From Spirochaetia bacterium (lineage in GTDB: Bacteria > Spirochaetota > Spirochaetia > DSM-2461): 64,000 nucleotides of DNA. Position 1 is the stretch's first letter, and each line of letters begins with the position of its first letter. Below, one piece after another: positions 61,449-64,000 of this stretch. The stretch is from the NCBI GenBank assembly GCA_963666985.2, contig CAXXIA010000001.1:1376001-1440000 (forward strand). The letters run 5' to 3'. The position numbers were made by a program, and so were the translations under genes. Under the pieces are notes generated by a model. It saw nothing but the letters and a program-made list of their open reading frames with translations. It was not told the origin of the DNA and searched no databases.

Positions 61449-61562
61449 CCGGCTGCGCTTCGGCGGGCCGTTCATCCGGCGCGCCCGAACCGATAACTTA
61501 CGGCTTTAGCTGAAAAACCTCACGGCGGCGGCCGTTCCGTTCAGCCGCCGAAGCCCGGCCGG
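61449..61562. repeat. GC-rich inverted repeat closing a ~114-nt stem-loop
   Basis: GCTTCGGCGG (61457-66) pairs with CCGCCGAAGC (61545-54); outer CCGGC/GCCGG. Confidence 0.5.
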
Positions 61563-61578
61563 TTCGAAGCCGCCCGCA

Positions 61579-62430
61579 TCAATCGGATTTGCGAACCAGC
61601 ATCAGCACAACATCGCCGAAACCGAATTTTTTGGCCAAACGGTCTACGGGGCGCTTAATCCACCCGGGCACCGTCCCCACGCCCAATCCGCCCCAGGTTT
61701 TCATTCTCTCGATGGAAAACCCGGCATGCGAAAGAAGGCTCTTCAGCGTGGCTTTGTCAAATAACGTGACATGATCCGGTATGGCCGAACGCCAGGCGGA
61801 GCCGAAAATCCGCGCCTGAAGTCCGCCGATATTCGGTGTAACGCAAATAAAGACGCCGCCGGGTTTTAGAACCCTGAAAACCTCGGCGGCGAAAGCGGCC
61901 GGATCATCGACGTGTTCGATTAAATGAGAAGCATGAACGGCGGAAAAACGTTCGGAGGGAAAAGCGGCGTCCTGAAGAGAAGAATTAACAATACCCACGC
62001 CGTAACGTTTATTGCCGTATTCCGCCGACTTCGCGCACAGTTCGGCACCGGCGGTGTCCCATCCCAAATCCTTAAAATGCTTTAAAAGTCTTCCGGTGGC
62101 GCAGCCCACATCAAGAACGGACGGCGGGAGGGGAAGAGAAGGAACGACGGATTCGAAAAAATCGACATCATCCAAGCCCATTTTCATGAGCCCGTAAAAA
62201 GTATCCTCGTTTTCAATCTCGTAATCGAAATATTCATCATCGTAGCGAATCGCGAGATCCGCGCCGCCGGGACGCGGATTCTGCAGAACCAGATGGCAGG
62301 CGGCACACCGGACGAAAAGGCTTCCCGAAGGAAGCATCCACAACTTTTTAAATTTTTTCCCGCCGCAGAGAGAACACGGAACCTCACCGACCGATTCCGA
62401 GTTTCCGGGCTCTTTGGAAAAAGTCTTCAT
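61579..62430 (-). CDS. class I SAM-dependent methyltransferase with N-terminal Zn-finger-like motif
   Basis: CSLC...CAAC, VLDVGCATG, SHLIEH, LKPGG. Confidence 0.88.
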   Translation of the reverse strand: MKTFSKEPGNSESVGEVPCSLCGGKKFKKLWMLPSGSLFVRCAACHLVLQNPRPGGADLAIRYDDEYFDYEIENEDTFYGLMKMGLDDVDFFESVVPSLPLPPSVLDVGCATGRLLKHFKDLGWDTAGAELCAKSAEYGNKRYGVGIVNSSLQDAAFPSERFSAVHASHLIEHVDDPAAFAAEVFRVLKPGGVFICVTPNIGGLQARIFGSAWRSAIPDHVTLFDKATLKSLLSHAGFSIERMKTWGGLGVGTVPGWIKRPVDRLAKKFGFGDVVLMLVRKSD

Positions 62431-62435
62431 CAGCC

Positions 62436-63263
62436 TCAGCGAACCTCAATTCTCCAGGAACGGGAAACGATACGGCCGACATCATCCTTAAAACGCAATT
62501 CAAGAACACCTCGCCCCGTATTCAGAAAAAAATCACCCGTAAGGATTCGTCCCGATGAATCGAAAACGGAATCGAAGGACCTTTCTTCGGGCGTTTCCAT
62601 CATTACCCGCCGTCCCTCCTCAACCAAGGATTCAAATCGGAGACCGGCAATACGCTGGCCAACCCAATACAGAGAAATTTCCCTTATCACGGGCGTTCCG
62701 CCGGCCGGCAGGAACGGTTCAACCGAAGCGTTCCACATACCGGAGGAAAGGATTATTCCGTCGCGGATTTCCTGCTCCTCACCCCCGCGAAAAAACGACA
62801 AAGAGGAAACACCCGGAGCCGGAGAACCGCTCCTGGCGGGAAGAGAGGTTAACGGATCGATGATTCGGCCTCTTTCGGTATCGATAATGCCGAATGTCCA
62901 TGTATCGCCGTCGGCATATCCCAGCCAGTCGCCGGCCCGAACCCGGTCGCCCAAATCCGGCCGGCAAGCAATCCCGCGATAGAAAGACCGAAAACCGTCG
63001 GAATGCTCAAGCACGACCGTCCCCGAGCCGGGCACATCCGCGCCGCCCGCTCTTCGGATCGTCTTCCAAATCACTTCCCCATCATCCCAGGCTCCGATGC
63101 GCTGTCCTTCCGCGCGGAATGACAATCCTTGAGAAAATCGATCGTCATCGGGATCGGCCAGAGAACCGACGACCGAATCCGGATTATCCGGCCATTGCCG
63201 GCACAGCGCCGCGGCGGAAACAGCGAGAAAAAACGATATCAGCAGAAAAACTCTTTTCCTCAT
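62436..63263 (-). CDS. exported M23/LytM-like protein, probably catalytically inactive
   Basis: signal peptide; QWP, DGEVI, VVLEH.DG..S.Y, GDRVRAGD.LG, IIDP. Confidence 0.65.
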   Translation of the reverse strand: MRKRVFLLISFFLAVSAAALCRQWPDNPDSVVGSLADPDDDRFSQGLSFRAEGQRIGAWDDGEVIWKTIRRAGGADVPGSGTVVLEHSDGFRSFYRGIACRPDLGDRVRAGDWLGYADGDTWTFGIIDTERGRIIDPLTSLPARSGSPAPGVSSLSFFRGGEEQEIRDGIILSSGMWNASVEPFLPAGGTPVIREISLYWVGQRIAGLRFESLVEEGRRVMMETPEERSFDSVFDSSGRILTGDFFLNTGRGVLELRFKDDVGRIVSRSWRIEVR

Positions 63264-64000
63264 TGAATAGCCGCCTTGAGCACGCCGAAGCTCTCGGGCC
63301 GAATGATGAAAGTCCTCTCTCCATTCTGACGAATCCCGACGGTATCGTTCGGAAGAGAACCGTTATACATCGTCAGATTCTCCCGGGTCAGTATTTTCAG
63401 AGCGCTTCCATCCAGATTTTTCCCCAGAAGCAAAAGCTCGCCGCCTTCGGCACCGTCGCTCCACGCTTCCGCATCGCCTTCCATCATGAGTTTATCGATA
63501 CTGAAATCATCACAATCGACGGAAGATACGGAGTTTTCCGATTCATAGAGAACTTCTTGATCGCCGCGAACAAAACCGACGCGGACGGCGCGCCTGAAAT
63601 CGGTTCCGGTATCATGATGCGTTACGGGCCGAAAACCGTTCTTTCTTTCCTGCAGAAGAACGAATCTCTGAGGATCAACTCCCGCGACAAGAGCAACCAT
63701 GCTTCCGTCCGAGGATAGGGCCCCCCCGTAAACAGCTTCGATTCCGCTGCCTCCGGGCCTGTAGGAAAGAATAATTTCACCGCTGTCGGTAATAATTTCG
63801 GCCCGGCCGTCCAGAAGCCCGATAAGAGTTCTCTCTCCGACGGCATCAAGAACGGTCAGCGGAGAAAGATATTCACGGCGCCAGAGAACCTCGCCGTTGG
63901 ACGGACGAATTTTTCTCAGGATTCCCGCTCCGTCGTATAAAAAGAGATTGCCGTTCCTGGCAACGGGATACCCCTCCGCGGCCGAACGCGAAAGAATCCG
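63260..64000 (-). CDS. partial (5' end outside window) beta-propeller-like hypothetical protein
   Basis: frame of ORF 63260..63700 stays open to the window edge: ...NGEVLWRREYLSPLT...LIGLLDG...GALSSDGSMVAL. Confidence 0.7.
   Translation of the reverse strand, partial: RILSRSAAEGYPVARNGNLFLYDGAGILRKIRPSNGEVLWRREYLSPLTVLDAVGERTLIGLLDGRAEIITDSGEIILSYRPGGSGIEAVYGGALSSDGSMVALVAGVDPQRFVLLQERKNGFRPVTHHDTGTDFRRAVRVGFVRGDQEVLYESENSVSSVDCDDFSIDKLMMEGDAEAWSDGAEGGELLLLGKNLDGSALKILTRENLTMYNGSLPNDTVGIRQNGERTFIIRPESFGVLKAAIQ

Overview
This is a chromosomal segment of a spirochaete, probably a free-living Spirochaetaceae-like organism; the assignment is inferred from FlbB, FliY, the FlgE lysinoalanine motif and gene order. 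About 43.6 kb (58410 to 14846, minus strand) is one co-oriented run of 47 genes plus a candidate small ORF. It contains a reduced dcw cluster (mraZ-rsmH-ftsL-murF-mraY-ftsW-ftsQ-ftsA-ftsZ), then xerD-TPR-dprA-xerC-hslVU, then the flagellar basal body, hook, motor and export genes (flgB to flhG), fliA, fapA, and an atypical CheA at the end. The left 15 kb holds a MITE inserted in the 3' end of yjbQ, galK, a PPi-dependent pfk, a radical SAM enzyme fused to a PolX-type 8-kDa HhH domain, a dCMP deaminase, an AT-richer c-di-GMP module, rsmE and an NYN-LOTUS protein. The c-di-GMP module is a membrane DGC divergent from a REC-EAL phosphodiesterase, an orphan LivK-like lipoprotein and a Cache histidine kinase. 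The right end has a STAS protein, GH57 plus DUF4912, a methyltransferase, a degenerate M23 protein and a partial beta-propeller gene. I saw no rRNA, tRNA or CRISPR. The most interesting candidates are the radical SAM/PolX-domain fusion locus, the c-di-GMP module whose kinase appears to need an ATT start, a small ORF with its own SD between flgB and flgC, and a probable CTG start for fliO. All calls come from reading motifs by eye; no searches were run.
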